Assembly (NCBI GenBank): GCA_013816595.1
Contig: JACDEB010000003.1
Location: 351-64,350 of the forward strand
Length of the DNA stretch: 64,000 nt
Direction of reading: 5' to 3'
Source of the DNA: Sphingomonas sp.
GTDB lineage: Bacteria; Pseudomonadota; Alphaproteobacteria; Sphingomonadales; Sphingomonadaceae
In this document: positions 9,752 to 19,728 of the stretch, one piece after another
How positions within the stretch are numbered: the first letter of the stretch is position 1
Layout of the letters: the number at the start of each line of letters is the position of its first letter
Notes under the pieces: model-generated
Seen by the model: only the letters and a program-made list of their open reading frames with translations
Databases searched by the model: none
Told to the model about the DNA's origin: nothing
Translations under genes and position numbers: made by a program

Positions 9752-11380
9752 TCACCACCAGGTAGCGTACAGCGCAGTCAGGATCAGGACCACGCCAAGC
9801 GCGCCGATGTTGAACCCCGCGGTCGTCTTATAATTGACGTCGGCGGTGTTGATCGTGTCGGTGCCCGCGCGCTGCTGGGTCGCCAGCGAGACGATGATGC
9901 ACAAAGCCGCCGAGACCAGGAACACCACTCCCATGCGGTTGATGAACGGAGTCATATAATCGTTGAGCCCTTGCGACAGCGACGTCGATGGCAGCGTGTA
10001 TTTCATGATCGTCGAGAGCAATACCGAGGTAACCGCGGCAACGATCGCTCCAGCTTCATTGGCGCGCTTCCAAAACAACCCAAGCAGGAAGATGACCGTG
10101 ATCCCGGGCGTGAAGAAGCCAGTGAACTCCTGGATGAACTGAAACGCTTGCTCGGAGCTCCCGACCAGCGGCCGCGCGGCGAGGATCGCGATCAGGATCG
10201 CCACCGCCGCCGTGATCCGCCCGACCAGAACGAGGTGCTTTTCCTGGGCCGGCTTGCCGCTCGCATCCTCGGCGCGGTCGAGCATATGCTTGCGCTTGGC
10301 ATAGACATCGAGCGTAAAGATGGTGGCGATCGAATTGATCTTGGACGCGGTCGAGGCGATGATCGCCGCGATCAGCGCCGCGAACACCAGCCCGAGCAGC
10401 CCCGGCGGCAACAGCCGCATCATCATCGGATAGGCCTCGTCGGGCTTGGCCAGATCCGGCGCGAGCATCACCGCGGCGATCCCCGGAAGAACGATGATCA
10501 CTGGCATCAACAGCTTGAGGAAGGCCGCGAACAGCACGCCCTTCTGCGCTTCGGGAAGGCTTTTGGCGGCGAGCGCGCGCTGGATGATATATTGGTTGAA
10601 CCCCCAGTAACTGAGGTTGGCGATCCACATTCCGCCGATCAGCACCGACAGCCCGGGCAGATCGATATAATGCGGATTGCCCTTTTCAAGGATCATGTGG
10701 AAATGGTCGGGTGCGGCGGCGGTGAGCTTCGCGAAACCAGCGACGAAACCGCCCGCGCCGCCAATCTGCGACAATGTCAGGAAGGCGACCACCAGTCCGC
10801 CAAGGACCAGCAATGTGACCTGGACGATGTCGGTCAGCGCCACCGCCTTCAATCCGCCGCGCAGCTGATACAGCAGCGCAAATGCGCCGAGCATGACCAG
10901 TGCGACATCCTGATTTACGCCCGCGACCTTGTTGACCGCGATCGACCCGAGCCAGATGATCGAGGTCAGGTTCACGAACACGTAAAGCGCGAGCCAGAAC
11001 ACCGCCATCAGCGTTCGGATGAGCTTGCCGTACCGCCGCTCGAGAAATTGCGGCATGGTGTAAATCTGGTTCTTGAGGAAGATCGGCAAGAAGAATTTGC
11101 CGACGATCAAAAGCGTCGCCGCAGCCATCCATTCATAGGATGCGATGGCGAGCCCGATGGCGTAACCCGAACCCGACATGCCGACGATCTGCTCGGCCGA
11201 AATGTTGGCGGCGATGAGCGATGCGCCGATCGCCCACCACGGCAGATTCTTCGATGCGAGGAAATAATCGGACGTGTCTTTCTGATGCCCGGCTTTCTCA
11301 CGTGAGACATATTGCGCGAGGCTGAAAATACCGATTGCGTAGATGACGACGACGACGACATCGATAGTTGACAGACCCAT
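9752..11380 (-). CDS. Sodium:sugar symporter (SSS family)
   Basis: DYFLA..LPWWAIGASLIAANISAEQ, GGLKAVALTD, YWGFNQYIIQR; multiple TM helices. Confidence 0.95.
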   Translation of the reverse strand: MGLSTIDVVVVVIYAIGIFSLAQYVSREKAGHQKDTSDYFLASKNLPWWAIGASLIAANISAEQIVGMSGSGYAIGLAIASYEWMAAATLLIVGKFFLPIFLKNQIYTMPQFLERRYGKLIRTLMAVFWLALYVFVNLTSIIWLGSIAVNKVAGVNQDVALVMLGAFALLYQLRGGLKAVALTDIVQVTLLVLGGLVVAFLTLSQIGGAGGFVAGFAKLTAAAPDHFHMILEKGNPHYIDLPGLSVLIGGMWIANLSYWGFNQYIIQRALAAKSLPEAQKGVLFAAFLKLLMPVIIVLPGIAAVMLAPDLAKPDEAYPMMMRLLPPGLLGLVFAALIAAIIASTASKINSIATIFTLDVYAKRKHMLDRAEDASGKPAQEKHLVLVGRITAAVAILIAILAARPLVGSSEQAFQFIQEFTGFFTPGITVIFLLGLFWKRANEAGAIVAAVTSVLLSTIMKYTLPSTSLSQGLNDYMTPFINRMGVVFLVSAALCIIVSLATQQRAGTDTINTADVNYKTTAGFNIGALGVVLILTALYATWW

Positions 11381-11466
11381 TTCGAACCCCCCGCTGCCGC
11401 GGGAATCCGCGAACTGACGGCGAACCTATACGAGCCGCGCGCCGAGTCTACAGGCCCCAAGCCGAC

Positions 11467-11492
11467 GAATAGGTATGCGCTGCAGTGCAGCA
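11467..11492. promoter_or_regulatory. Candidate second LacI operator in divergent SSS/MFS promoter
   Basis: GAATAGGTATGC (11467-11478) matches the reverse complement of 5064-5075 (GAATACGTATGT) at 10/12; followed by TGCAGTGCAGCA. Confidence 0.4.
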
Positions 11493-11541
11493 ATGTTGTG
11501 CCGCCCTGCGCCATCTGCCAGCACTGGCGCGGGGAGAGTAT

Positions 11542-13062
11542 ATGGACCAGACATTGAGCGTCGCAAAACCGCGCAAGTCCTTCGCCGGACTGTGGAATAT
11601 CTCGTTCGGCTTTTTCGGAATCCAGATCGGCTTCGCGTTACAGAATGCAAACATGAGCCGGATTTTCCAGTCGCTCGGATCGAGCGTCGACAATCTTCCG
11701 GCCTTATGGATCGCGGCGCCGCTGACGGGGCTGCTGGTGCAACCGATCGTCGGCCATCTGTCCGACCGCACGTGGCTCGGGCGGTTCGGGCGGCGGCGGC
11801 CTTATTTCGTTGCCGGCGCGATACTCGCTGCGTTGTCATTGTTCCTGATGCCGCTGTCATCGCAATTGCTGATGGCTGCGGTGTTGCTGTGGACCTTGGA
11901 CGCCAGCCTCAACATTTCGATGGAGCCGTTCCGGGCGTTCGTCGGCGACATGCTGGGCAAGGATCAGCACACCGCCGGCTATGCCCTGCAAACCGCGTTC
12001 ATCGGCGCCGGAGCAGTCCTCGGCTCGATCTTCCCGTGGCTGCTCGATCGTTTCGGAGTCGCCAACGCCGCGGTTGCAAACGGCATTCCCGACACCGTCC
12101 GCTACAGCTTCTGGTTCGGCGGCGCGGCGTTGCTTGGCGCCGTGCTGTGGACGGTCTTCACGACCAAGGAATATTCGCCCGAGGAAATGGCGCGTTTCGA
12201 CCAAGGCGACGACCATCCCGACAGTGACCAGATATTGCGCGCGCTGGCCGCCCGGAGCTTCGGATCGAGCCTGGCGTGGATTGCCGCGGGCGCGGTCGTG
12301 CTGTTCGCGATCTTTGAATGGAGCCTGGAGAAAGAGGTCTACATCCTGGCCGGGCTGATGATCGCCTATGGACTTGCCAGCATCGCCGCAATCCTGCTCG
12401 CGCGGTCGGGCAAAAGCCACAACATGCTCGCTAATATCGTCGGCGATTTCGCGGGCATGCCGCCGATCATGAAGCGCCTCGCGGTAGCCCAATTCTTCAG
12501 CTGGTCGGCGCTGTTCATCATGTGGATCAACACCACGCCGGTGGTCGCCGGGGCATTCTTCAGCTCACCCGACCCGGCGAGCCCAGGCTTCCAGGCAGCG
12601 GGCAATTGGGTGGGCGTGTTGTTCGCGATCTACAATGGCGTCGCGGCGGTTGCGGCGCTGGCATTATTGCCATGGCTCGCGCGGGCGCTGGGCAAGGCGC
12701 GGACGCACATGCTTTGCTTGCTCGCCGGCGCGGCGGGCTACGCCAGCTTCTTCCTCATCCGCGACCCCTATCTGCTGGTCATCTCGGAAATTGGGATCGG
12801 GATCGCCTGGGCGTCGATCCTCGCCATGCCCTATGCGATCCTCGCCAGCAGCCTGCCGCAGCGCAAGCTTGGCATCTACATGGGACTGTTCAACATCTTC
12901 ATCGTCCTTCCCCAGCTGCTGGTGGCGGCCGTCATGGGCTCGGTCATGCGGGCGTTTTTCCCCGACCAGCCGATATGGACGATGCTTGCGGCGGCGCTGG
13001 TGATGAGCGCAGCGGCGGTTGCGATGCTGTTCGTTCGCGAGCCCGCCACCGCCGCGCCATAA
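11542..13062 (+). CDS. MFS sugar transporter (maltose/sucrose GPH type)
   Basis: WNISFGFFGIQIGFALQ, QPIVGHLSDRTW..GRRRPYF, NISMEPFRA; GGGGAG RBS before ATG 11542. Confidence 0.93.
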   Translation: MDQTLSVAKPRKSFAGLWNISFGFFGIQIGFALQNANMSRIFQSLGSSVDNLPALWIAAPLTGLLVQPIVGHLSDRTWLGRFGRRRPYFVAGAILAALSLFLMPLSSQLLMAAVLLWTLDASLNISMEPFRAFVGDMLGKDQHTAGYALQTAFIGAGAVLGSIFPWLLDRFGVANAAVANGIPDTVRYSFWFGGAALLGAVLWTVFTTKEYSPEEMARFDQGDDHPDSDQILRALAARSFGSSLAWIAAGAVVLFAIFEWSLEKEVYILAGLMIAYGLASIAAILLARSGKSHNMLANIVGDFAGMPPIMKRLAVAQFFSWSALFIMWINTTPVVAGAFFSSPDPASPGFQAAGNWVGVLFAIYNGVAAVAALALLPWLARALGKARTHMLCLLAGAAGYASFFLIRDPYLLVISEIGIGIAWASILAMPYAILASSLPQRKLGIYMGLFNIFIVLPQLLVAAVMGSVMRAFFPDQPIWTMLAAALVMSAAAVAMLFVREPATAAP

Positions 13063-13065
13063 CGC

Positions 13066-14073
13066 GTGCGCCCGATATCTGAATTTCATGGCGTGACTCG
13101 CGCGCAGTTCGAGCGCGAGATCGTGCCCAGCGGCGAGCCAGCGGTGTTGCGCGGGCAGTGCGCTAACTGGCCAGCGGTTGCGGCGGCGCGGGCCAGTGAC
13201 GATGCTATGGCGGCCTATCTTCGCTCGGCGGCCAATGATCAGCCGTTCGAAACCTGGTTCGGTGCCCCGGACATTGCCGGAAAATTCAGCTTCGCCGATG
13301 ATGTCGGCAGCTTTAACCACGACCGCCGCCTGGCGACGATCGATCAGCTGCTCGACTTTCTGCTTCGTCAGCGCGGCCATGACGCTCCTTACGCGATCTT
13401 TGCCGGGGCCATTCCGATTGGCCGCCACTTGCCCGGCATGGCGAATGACATTGCAATGCCGTTGCTCGATCCCAAGCGGGAAAAGCTGGTCTCGCTGTGG
13501 CTCGGCAATCGGACCAAGACCGCGGCGCATTGGGACCTGCCGCAAAACCTTGCGTGCGTCATCGCCGGACGGCGGCGCTTTACCTTGTTCCCGACCGAAC
13601 AAGTCGCCAATCTCTATGTCGGGCCACTCGATTACACGCTTGCTGGACAAGCGAGCAGCCTGGTCGATCTGGAAGCTCCCGACCGCGACCGCTTCCCCCG
13701 CTTCGCGCAGGCCGAAACCGCCGCGCTCACCGCCGAACTGGAGCCGGGCGATTCCCTCTACATTCCGAGCCTGTGGTGGCACGGAGTGTCATCGCTCGAC
13801 GAGCTCAGCGCGATGCTAAACTTCTGGTGGCGCGATGCTCAGCCGCCGCTGATGACCCCGCTCAACGCGCTCTACCATGCGATCATCACGACCAGCGATC
13901 TGCCGCCGCGCGAACTGGCCGCCTGGCGCACCCTGTTCGATCATTATGTGTTTCGGGGTAACGGCGATCCCGCCGCTCATCTGCCCGAGCCGGTGCGCGG
14001 AATTCTCGGCAAGCGGACGCCCGAACTGGTAGCGCGGGTGAAGGCGATGCTGGCCGAGCTGTTGGGCCGCTGA
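13066..14073 (+). CDS. Cupin-like (JmjC / Cupin_8) domain protein
   Basis: LWLGN..TAAHWD (HxD), LEPGDSLYIPSLWWHGV. Confidence 0.9.
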   Translation: MRPISEFHGVTRAQFEREIVPSGEPAVLRGQCANWPAVAAARASDDAMAAYLRSAANDQPFETWFGAPDIAGKFSFADDVGSFNHDRRLATIDQLLDFLLRQRGHDAPYAIFAGAIPIGRHLPGMANDIAMPLLDPKREKLVSLWLGNRTKTAAHWDLPQNLACVIAGRRRFTLFPTEQVANLYVGPLDYTLAGQASSLVDLEAPDRDRFPRFAQAETAALTAELEPGDSLYIPSLWWHGVSSLDELSAMLNFWWRDAQPPLMTPLNALYHAIITTSDLPPRELAAWRTLFDHYVFRGNGDPAAHLPEPVRGILGKRTPELVARVKAMLAELLGR

Positions 14074-14123
14074 GCGTCTAGCTGATGCACTGCACTGCGG
14101 TAGTGATCGCCCGTGAAGCCGGG

Positions 14124-15344
14124 TCAGCTGGCATCGCTGCCCGCTTGGGGCGCGGTCTTGCGAAGTTCGGGCAGGATCGGTGATCGGCGCGTGAACGGGA
14201 TGGACAGCATCGTGCTGGCTACCGCCATCAGCAGCAGTGCGGTGAAGCTATTGCCGCTGATGATTTCGCGATCGAACAGGACGTTGACGAAGATGATCAT
14301 GATCAGCGCCTTGGTCTGAAGTAGCCACCCAACCAGCCACGCTTCGTGGCGTTTCCACTTGAGCGCCTGAGCGGCGAGGCCAACGCCGACCAGCTTGCCG
14401 GCCACCGACGCGACCAGCAACAGCAATGCAGCGCCAAATACCGCACCCGATCCGATCCCCCAACTGGTGCGGATACCGGTGCTTAGAAAGAACACCGGCA
14501 TGAAGGCGAGGAGCACGATCCGCCGGAACGAATCCCGCGCCTTGGTGTCGAACCAGTGGGTGTCGAGCGCAGCCCCAGACAAAAAGGCGCCGACCATATA
14601 ATGAAACCCGCACCAGTCCGCCGCCAAGCCGCAGGCAACCAGCCACATCAGTCCTGCATACCAGCGGTCGCGCTCGGCGAGCTTTGGCATCATCCAGCGG
14701 ATTGCGACCGCGCCGGCCAAGAACGCCGGGACAAAGATCAATTGCCGCTCGATCCGCTCCATGTCGACCAGGATGAGTGCGAGGACGCCCCAGATGACGA
14801 CATCGTCAAGGCTCGCATAACGCAGCACGCGCTGGCCAAAGGCGGTTCGAAGAGCGCCCAGCTTTTCCAGGAACAGGACGAGGATCGGCAGTGCTGTGAC
14901 CGCACAGGCCATGCCGATTCCGGCGACCAGCTGGAGCGGACTCGCCCGCGGCCCGATCCAATCCCCGCTCCAGGCAATCAGTGCGATTGCGGCACCGCAG
15001 CCGAACAGGAACGGAACCAGCAAGGCGCTGCTTGCGGTGACGATGGTTTCGCGCCGGTTCCTCCACGCGTCGCCGAGGTCGATTTCGATCCCTGCGCTCC
15101 ACACGAACAGCATCACCGCCCAGGCCGCGACGCCGTTGAGCATCGACAGCACCGGCGGTGCAAACAGGCTTGCATATGCCGATGGCGCCGCGACCCCCAG
15201 GATGCCCGGACCAAGCAGGATCCCGCCGACGATTTGAACCACGACTAGAGGCGCGAAATCGTCGGTCCGGCCGATGCGCCAGATTAGATAGGGCAAGCTG
15301 AAAATGATCAGCAACGCGATGAGAAACAGTTCGTTATTGCTCAT
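14124..15344 (-). CDS. Cation:proton antiporter (CPA2/Kef type)
   Basis: GILLGPGILG, AVTALPIL, ASLDD, PVFFLSTG; about 12 TM helices. Confidence 0.88.
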   Translation of the reverse strand: MSNNELFLIALLIIFSLPYLIWRIGRTDDFAPLVVVQIVGGILLGPGILGVAAPSAYASLFAPPVLSMLNGVAAWAVMLFVWSAGIEIDLGDAWRNRRETIVTASSALLVPFLFGCGAAIALIAWSGDWIGPRASPLQLVAGIGMACAVTALPILVLFLEKLGALRTAFGQRVLRYASLDDVVIWGVLALILVDMERIERQLIFVPAFLAGAVAIRWMMPKLAERDRWYAGLMWLVACGLAADWCGFHYMVGAFLSGAALDTHWFDTKARDSFRRIVLLAFMPVFFLSTGIRTSWGIGSGAVFGAALLLLVASVAGKLVGVGLAAQALKWKRHEAWLVGWLLQTKALIMIIFVNVLFDREIISGNSFTALLLMAVASTMLSIPFTRRSPILPELRKTAPQAGSDAS

Positions 15345-15514
15345 TCACGCCCCCGGCAGAATAGAAAACCGCGGCGGGCCTCAATCGAGAGATTCCGCCG
15401 CCGGCGCCGATTTGTGTCGGCTGGGCATGGTGTTGGCAAGTGGACCCACAAAGGCCGCCCCGACCCGGCCGCCGGATTACCGACGTCAGCCAGCGTTTCG
15501 ATCCGACAGCTGCG

Positions 15515-17284
15515 CTAGTGCGAACCGCCCTTGCGGCAGGCGCCGCCGTCGGGCCAACCGGTCCATCCGGGACCTTTGACGAAGCGGCCCGGCGTTGCCC
15601 CTGTCGGCTTGCCATCCTTCAACACCTGGACACCATTGACGAACACGTCATGGACTCCGGTGGCATATTGCATCGGCTTCTCGAAGGTCGCGTGGTCGGC
15701 GATGGTCGCGGGGTCGAACAGAACGACGTCAGCCGCCATTCCGGGCGCGAGATGCCCGCGATCCTTGAGTCCGAGGTTGCTTGCCGGGAGTGCCGTCAAT
15801 CGGCGGATCGCGTCGGCCAGCGGCGCGGTCTTTTCGTCGCGGACATATTTGCCGAGGAAGCGCGCGAAATTGCCGTAAGCGCGGGGGTGCGTGCTTGATT
15901 TGAGGAACACGCCTTCGGGCGCGGAGGCCTCGGCGTCGGAGCCGAAGCTGACCCACGGAATCGCGGTCTGCCGGCGGACATTATCCTCGTTCATCAGGAA
16001 ATAGATCGCGCCCGACCGACCCTCGTCGGCGAGTACCAGATCGATCACCGCTTGCTCGGGCGAGACCCCGCGCAATTTGGCGATTTGGCCGATGGTCTTG
16101 CCGATCAGCGGCTTGAGCGACGGCTCGGCGACGCTGACCAGCAGGATCCCTTCGGGACCGGCGTGGTAAAAGAGATTTTCCCAATTGCTCCCCGGCCGAC
16201 CCATTTCGCGCTTGATCCGAGCCACGGTCGCCGGATTCTTGAGGCGTTTCAGCATCGCTGCAACGCCGCCGTCCTGGACCCACGGCGGCATCGACGCAGC
16301 AACCCCGGTCCCGCCGGCGGTGTAAGTGTACATGTCGGCCGAAATCCGCAGGCCCGCCGCGCGCGCCGCCTCGACATGCGCGATGACCTCATCGAGTTTG
16401 CCCCAATTGGCACGCCCGGCCTGTTTGAGGTGGTAGATTTCGGCCGGCGCGCCTGATCGGCGTGAGATGTCGATGAGTTCGTCGACGCTTTCGACCAAAC
16501 GGTCGCCTTCGGAGCGCATGTGGCTGATGTACATGCCCCCGCATTTGCCCGCTTCGGTCACCAACGCCACCAGTTCGGCGGTCTCGGCGAAGCTCGCGGG
16601 TGGGTAGATCAGGGACGACCCGACGCCCATTGCGCCTTCCTCCATCGCCTGACGGACCAGGGCTCGCATGCGGTCGAGTTGGGCAGGATCGGGATCGACG
16701 TCGCCTTCGCCCAATTCGTGCTGGCGGACGGTGGTCGCGCCGACGAACGAGGCGATGTTGAGCGACGTTCCCTTATGCTCGAGGAAATTGAGATAGTCGC
16801 CGAGCGTGGTCCATTCGATCGGGAATTTGACGTCGCCCTGCCGCTTGACCGCGAGCACCTTCATCTTGTCGGTCAGCGGGCCCATCGACCAACCTTCGCC
16901 CATTACCTCGAGCGTGATCCCCTGGCGCAACTCGCTCTGCCCGCGCGGGTCGACCATCAGCGATTCATTTGACCAGCTGAGCATGTTGATGAACCCTGGA
17001 GCGACCGCCAGGCCGGACGCATCGACAATGCGCGCCGCGGTCGCGGGCTGCGACGGCCCGGCATAGACGATTCGGTCGCCGCGGATTCCGACATCACCGA
17101 CATAGGCTACGCCGCCGCTACCGTCGTAAATCGTCCCGCCGCGGATCAGCACGTCATAGGCCGGAGAGGCGGCGACCACAGGGACGGGCGCTGCGGCAAC
17201 TGTTGGAGCGGGCGCTGGCACCGAAGTGCAGGCGACGATGGCCAAGGTCGAAGCAGCCGCGAGCAATAGGAAGTTACGCATCAT
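15515..17284 (-). CDS. N-acyl-D-amino-acid deacylase (amidohydrolase), probable lipoprotein
   Basis: DVLIRGGTIYDGSG, VAPGFI, SHMRSE, HPRAYGNF, GMAADVVLFD; lipobox-like IVAC. Confidence 0.9.
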   Translation of the reverse strand: MMRNFLLLAAASTLAIVACTSVPAPAPTVAAAPVPVVAASPAYDVLIRGGTIYDGSGGVAYVGDVGIRGDRIVYAGPSQPATAARIVDASGLAVAPGFINMLSWSNESLMVDPRGQSELRQGITLEVMGEGWSMGPLTDKMKVLAVKRQGDVKFPIEWTTLGDYLNFLEHKGTSLNIASFVGATTVRQHELGEGDVDPDPAQLDRMRALVRQAMEEGAMGVGSSLIYPPASFAETAELVALVTEAGKCGGMYISHMRSEGDRLVESVDELIDISRRSGAPAEIYHLKQAGRANWGKLDEVIAHVEAARAAGLRISADMYTYTAGGTGVAASMPPWVQDGGVAAMLKRLKNPATVARIKREMGRPGSNWENLFYHAGPEGILLVSVAEPSLKPLIGKTIGQIAKLRGVSPEQAVIDLVLADEGRSGAIYFLMNEDNVRRQTAIPWVSFGSDAEASAPEGVFLKSSTHPRAYGNFARFLGKYVRDEKTAPLADAIRRLTALPASNLGLKDRGHLAPGMAADVVLFDPATIADHATFEKPMQYATGVHDVFVNGVQVLKDGKPTGATPGRFVKGPGWTGWPDGGACRKGGSH

Positions 17285-17390
17285 CACTCCTTGTCGGTAG
17301 TCGCCGCGACCGGCGTGAAATCGAGGTCCTGGTAATCGAAACTGAAGTCAGCGGTCGGCGATACCGGCTTCAGCTTGATCCGTTCAACCT

Positions 17391-17575
17391 CGAAAGCTGC
17401 GCAGCCATCGCGGGTGGACGCTCAAGCAAATGAGCGAGAAAAGCCGTATCCCGCTGTCGACGCTGTCCAAAGTCGAGCATGACCGGCTGACGTTGACCTA
17501 TGACAAGCTCTACCAGGTCAGCCAGCGGCTCGGCATTCCAATCTCGGAATTGTTCGCGGAGTCTGGCGGAGGCGT
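17391..17575 (+). pseudogene. Truncated XRE-family HTH regulator
   Basis: Frame reads RKLRSHRGWTLKQMSEKSRIPLSTLSKVEHDRLTLTYDKLYQVSQRLGIPISELFAE. In-frame TGA at 17376, no start codon before helix 1, and no recognisable C-terminal domain. Confidence 0.7.
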
Positions 17576-17806
17576 AACCGCGGCGAACGAGCTTCGCTTG
17601 ATAGCCATTCATCTGTTGCATTCCGATTTTGCGACAGGAAAAGGCGTTCTCAACTTTATTCGAGACCAGATTAACAAAAGTGAATTTTGTTGTTGCACGA
17701 CTCTGGGACGATGCGAACCGGACGCGAAACTTATCGCGGTTTTACAGCGACATAATTAACAGTTCCAATTCGTCATCGACTCGTCGTTCCCTCAAGGAGA
17801 TCAGAT

Positions 17807-19363
17807 ATGCGCCGCTCGTCATCTATTCAGGTCGCTGTCGCGACAGCGTTAATTCTCGGGTCGAGTGCGCCGGCTTGGAGCTCGAGCCACCGCGAGGCTC
17901 CGAACATCACTGAAATGCCCAAGGTCGACAATACCGACGTCTATGCTTTTCGCAGCTACGAGCCAAACCGGGCGGGTTTTGTCACTTTGATCTCGAACTT
18001 CCAACCCGACGAAGGGCCCGGCAACGGTCCCAATTATTACACGATGGATCCCGATGCGCTGTACGAGATAATGATCGACAGCAACGGCGATGCGATGGAA
18101 GACACGACCTTCCAGTTCAAGTTCAAAAACACGCTTCGCAACGGCACTGGCCTGACCATCAACGCGGGTGGCAAGGTGCTGCCGGTCGCGCTTCGCCATC
18201 TTGGCCAAGTGACTGTTCCGAACGATCCTGATCTCGGCGAGAACGAGACTTATACGGTTACCCAGGTCAAGGGCGATCGCCGCGCCGGCACGATTTCGTC
18301 GGTTACAAAGACTGGCGGCGGCACGCTCTACAAGCCGTTCGACAATGCCGGCAACAAGTCCATTCCAAGCTATCCGACCTACTCAGACCAGTTCATCTAC
18401 AACGTGACTATTCCCGGCTGCGCCGCCGGCGGACGGGTATTCGTCGGTCAGCGCGAAGAAAATTTCGCGGTCAACCTTGGGCCGATTTTCGACCTCGTCG
18501 ACTTCGTACCAATCGAAGGCGACAGTAATTTGGTCTATGGCAATGGCTCGCCGTTCGCGGGTGGGATCACGCAGAGTGACTACAACCAGGAACTGATCAA
18601 CAAGCGCAACGTGACTAGCATTGCGATCGAGGTTCCGATTTCCTGTGTTACCGGCAACGGCAATGGGGTCATTGGCGTGTGGAGTTCCGCGAGTCTGCCG
18701 CAATCGCGCCTGCTCAAGACCAATCCGAGCTACACCGCCCCGGACACGCAAAGCGGCGCTTATGTGCAGGTTTCACGCCTCGGCATGCCGCTGGTCAACG
18801 AACTTGTGATCGGGCTTCCCAAAAAGGATTTGTTCAACGCGGTCGAGCCAACCGCCGATATTGCTCTGGCGGATTATGTGACTAATCCGACATTCCCGGA
18901 AATCCTCCAGGTATTGTTCGGAAGCGCGGCGATTGCGCCGAACAACTTCCCGCGCAACGACTTGGTCGCGCTGTTCCTCACCGGCATCGCGACGCTCAAT
19001 CAGCAGGCCGTCGTCACGCCGTCTGAAATGCAGCGGCTGAACACGAAGGTAACGCCGACCCCGTTGGCCTCGCAAAAGACGCTCGGCGTAGTGGCCGACG
19101 ATCTCGCCGGCTATCCTAACGGTCGGCGTCCCGGCGACGATACGGTAGACATTACCCTGCGCGTTGCGATGGGCCGTCTGTGCCATCCGATTCCGATCAA
19201 CGGGACGCCGACTCAGCTTGGGCTGTGCCGTCCGGCCGACGCCCCGTCCGGTCTCGTCGCCTACACCGACGGCGCTCCGCTTAACGCGAGCTATACAATG
19301 AACCGCTTCCCCTACCTCAATCCCGCGCTGCGCGGCGGCCCGCGGCCGCAAACCACGCCGTGA
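17807..19363 (+). CDS. DUF4331 family secreted protein
   Basis: Signal peptide then SSHREAP, DNTDVYAF, QVSRLGMPLVNE, GYPNGRRPGDD, FPYL; AAGGAG RBS. Confidence 0.88.
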   Translation: MRRSSSIQVAVATALILGSSAPAWSSSHREAPNITEMPKVDNTDVYAFRSYEPNRAGFVTLISNFQPDEGPGNGPNYYTMDPDALYEIMIDSNGDAMEDTTFQFKFKNTLRNGTGLTINAGGKVLPVALRHLGQVTVPNDPDLGENETYTVTQVKGDRRAGTISSVTKTGGGTLYKPFDNAGNKSIPSYPTYSDQFIYNVTIPGCAAGGRVFVGQREENFAVNLGPIFDLVDFVPIEGDSNLVYGNGSPFAGGITQSDYNQELINKRNVTSIAIEVPISCVTGNGNGVIGVWSSASLPQSRLLKTNPSYTAPDTQSGAYVQVSRLGMPLVNELVIGLPKKDLFNAVEPTADIALADYVTNPTFPEILQVLFGSAAIAPNNFPRNDLVALFLTGIATLNQQAVVTPSEMQRLNTKVTPTPLASQKTLGVVADDLAGYPNGRRPGDDTVDITLRVAMGRLCHPIPINGTPTQLGLCRPADAPSGLVAYTDGAPLNASYTMNRFPYLNPALRGGPRPQTTP

Positions 19364-19629
19364 ATCTAGCGACAGTAAAGGTCAGGCCGGGGTTAATCCT
19401 CGGCCTGACCTTGCTGGCCTTGGCAGGCGTCGCTGGCTGCAGTCGCAGTGACGAAAATGACCGCTACGGTCCGCTTGCGAATACGTTGAAACCACAGGCC
19501 GCTGATGGCGATTTCGGCGAGCGCTTCAGACAAGCTGCAAATGCTGATCCCAACGCCGAACCCTTGATAGTGAATGATGGGGATATGCCACCGGTGGACC
19601 CGACCAAGGATCCGGTTCAGGTGAATTGA
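19360..19629 (+). CDS. Small putative lipoprotein
   Basis: Hydrophobic signal with lipobox VAGC; GTGA overlap with the DUF4331 stop. Confidence 0.7.
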   Translation: MNLATVKVRPGLILGLTLLALAGVAGCSRSDENDRYGPLANTLKPQAADGDFGERFRQAANADPNAEPLIVNDGDMPPVDPTKDPVQVN

Positions 19630-19728
19630 GCGCAAAGCGCCTAGTCAATCAGCGGGATTGCGCTCAACTCGGAGAAGAAATTGCATTCGCGGAAATTCTC
19701 GGATCAAGGAAGTACTCTGACGCCGCGA

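Noticed and set aside
591-11305. Long alternative ORFs (591-2138, 3160-4974, 6089-8023, 8176-9537, 9971-11305 and similar ones elsewhere)
   Set aside because: Antisense shadows of well-supported genes in GC-rich DNA, with no recognisable motifs
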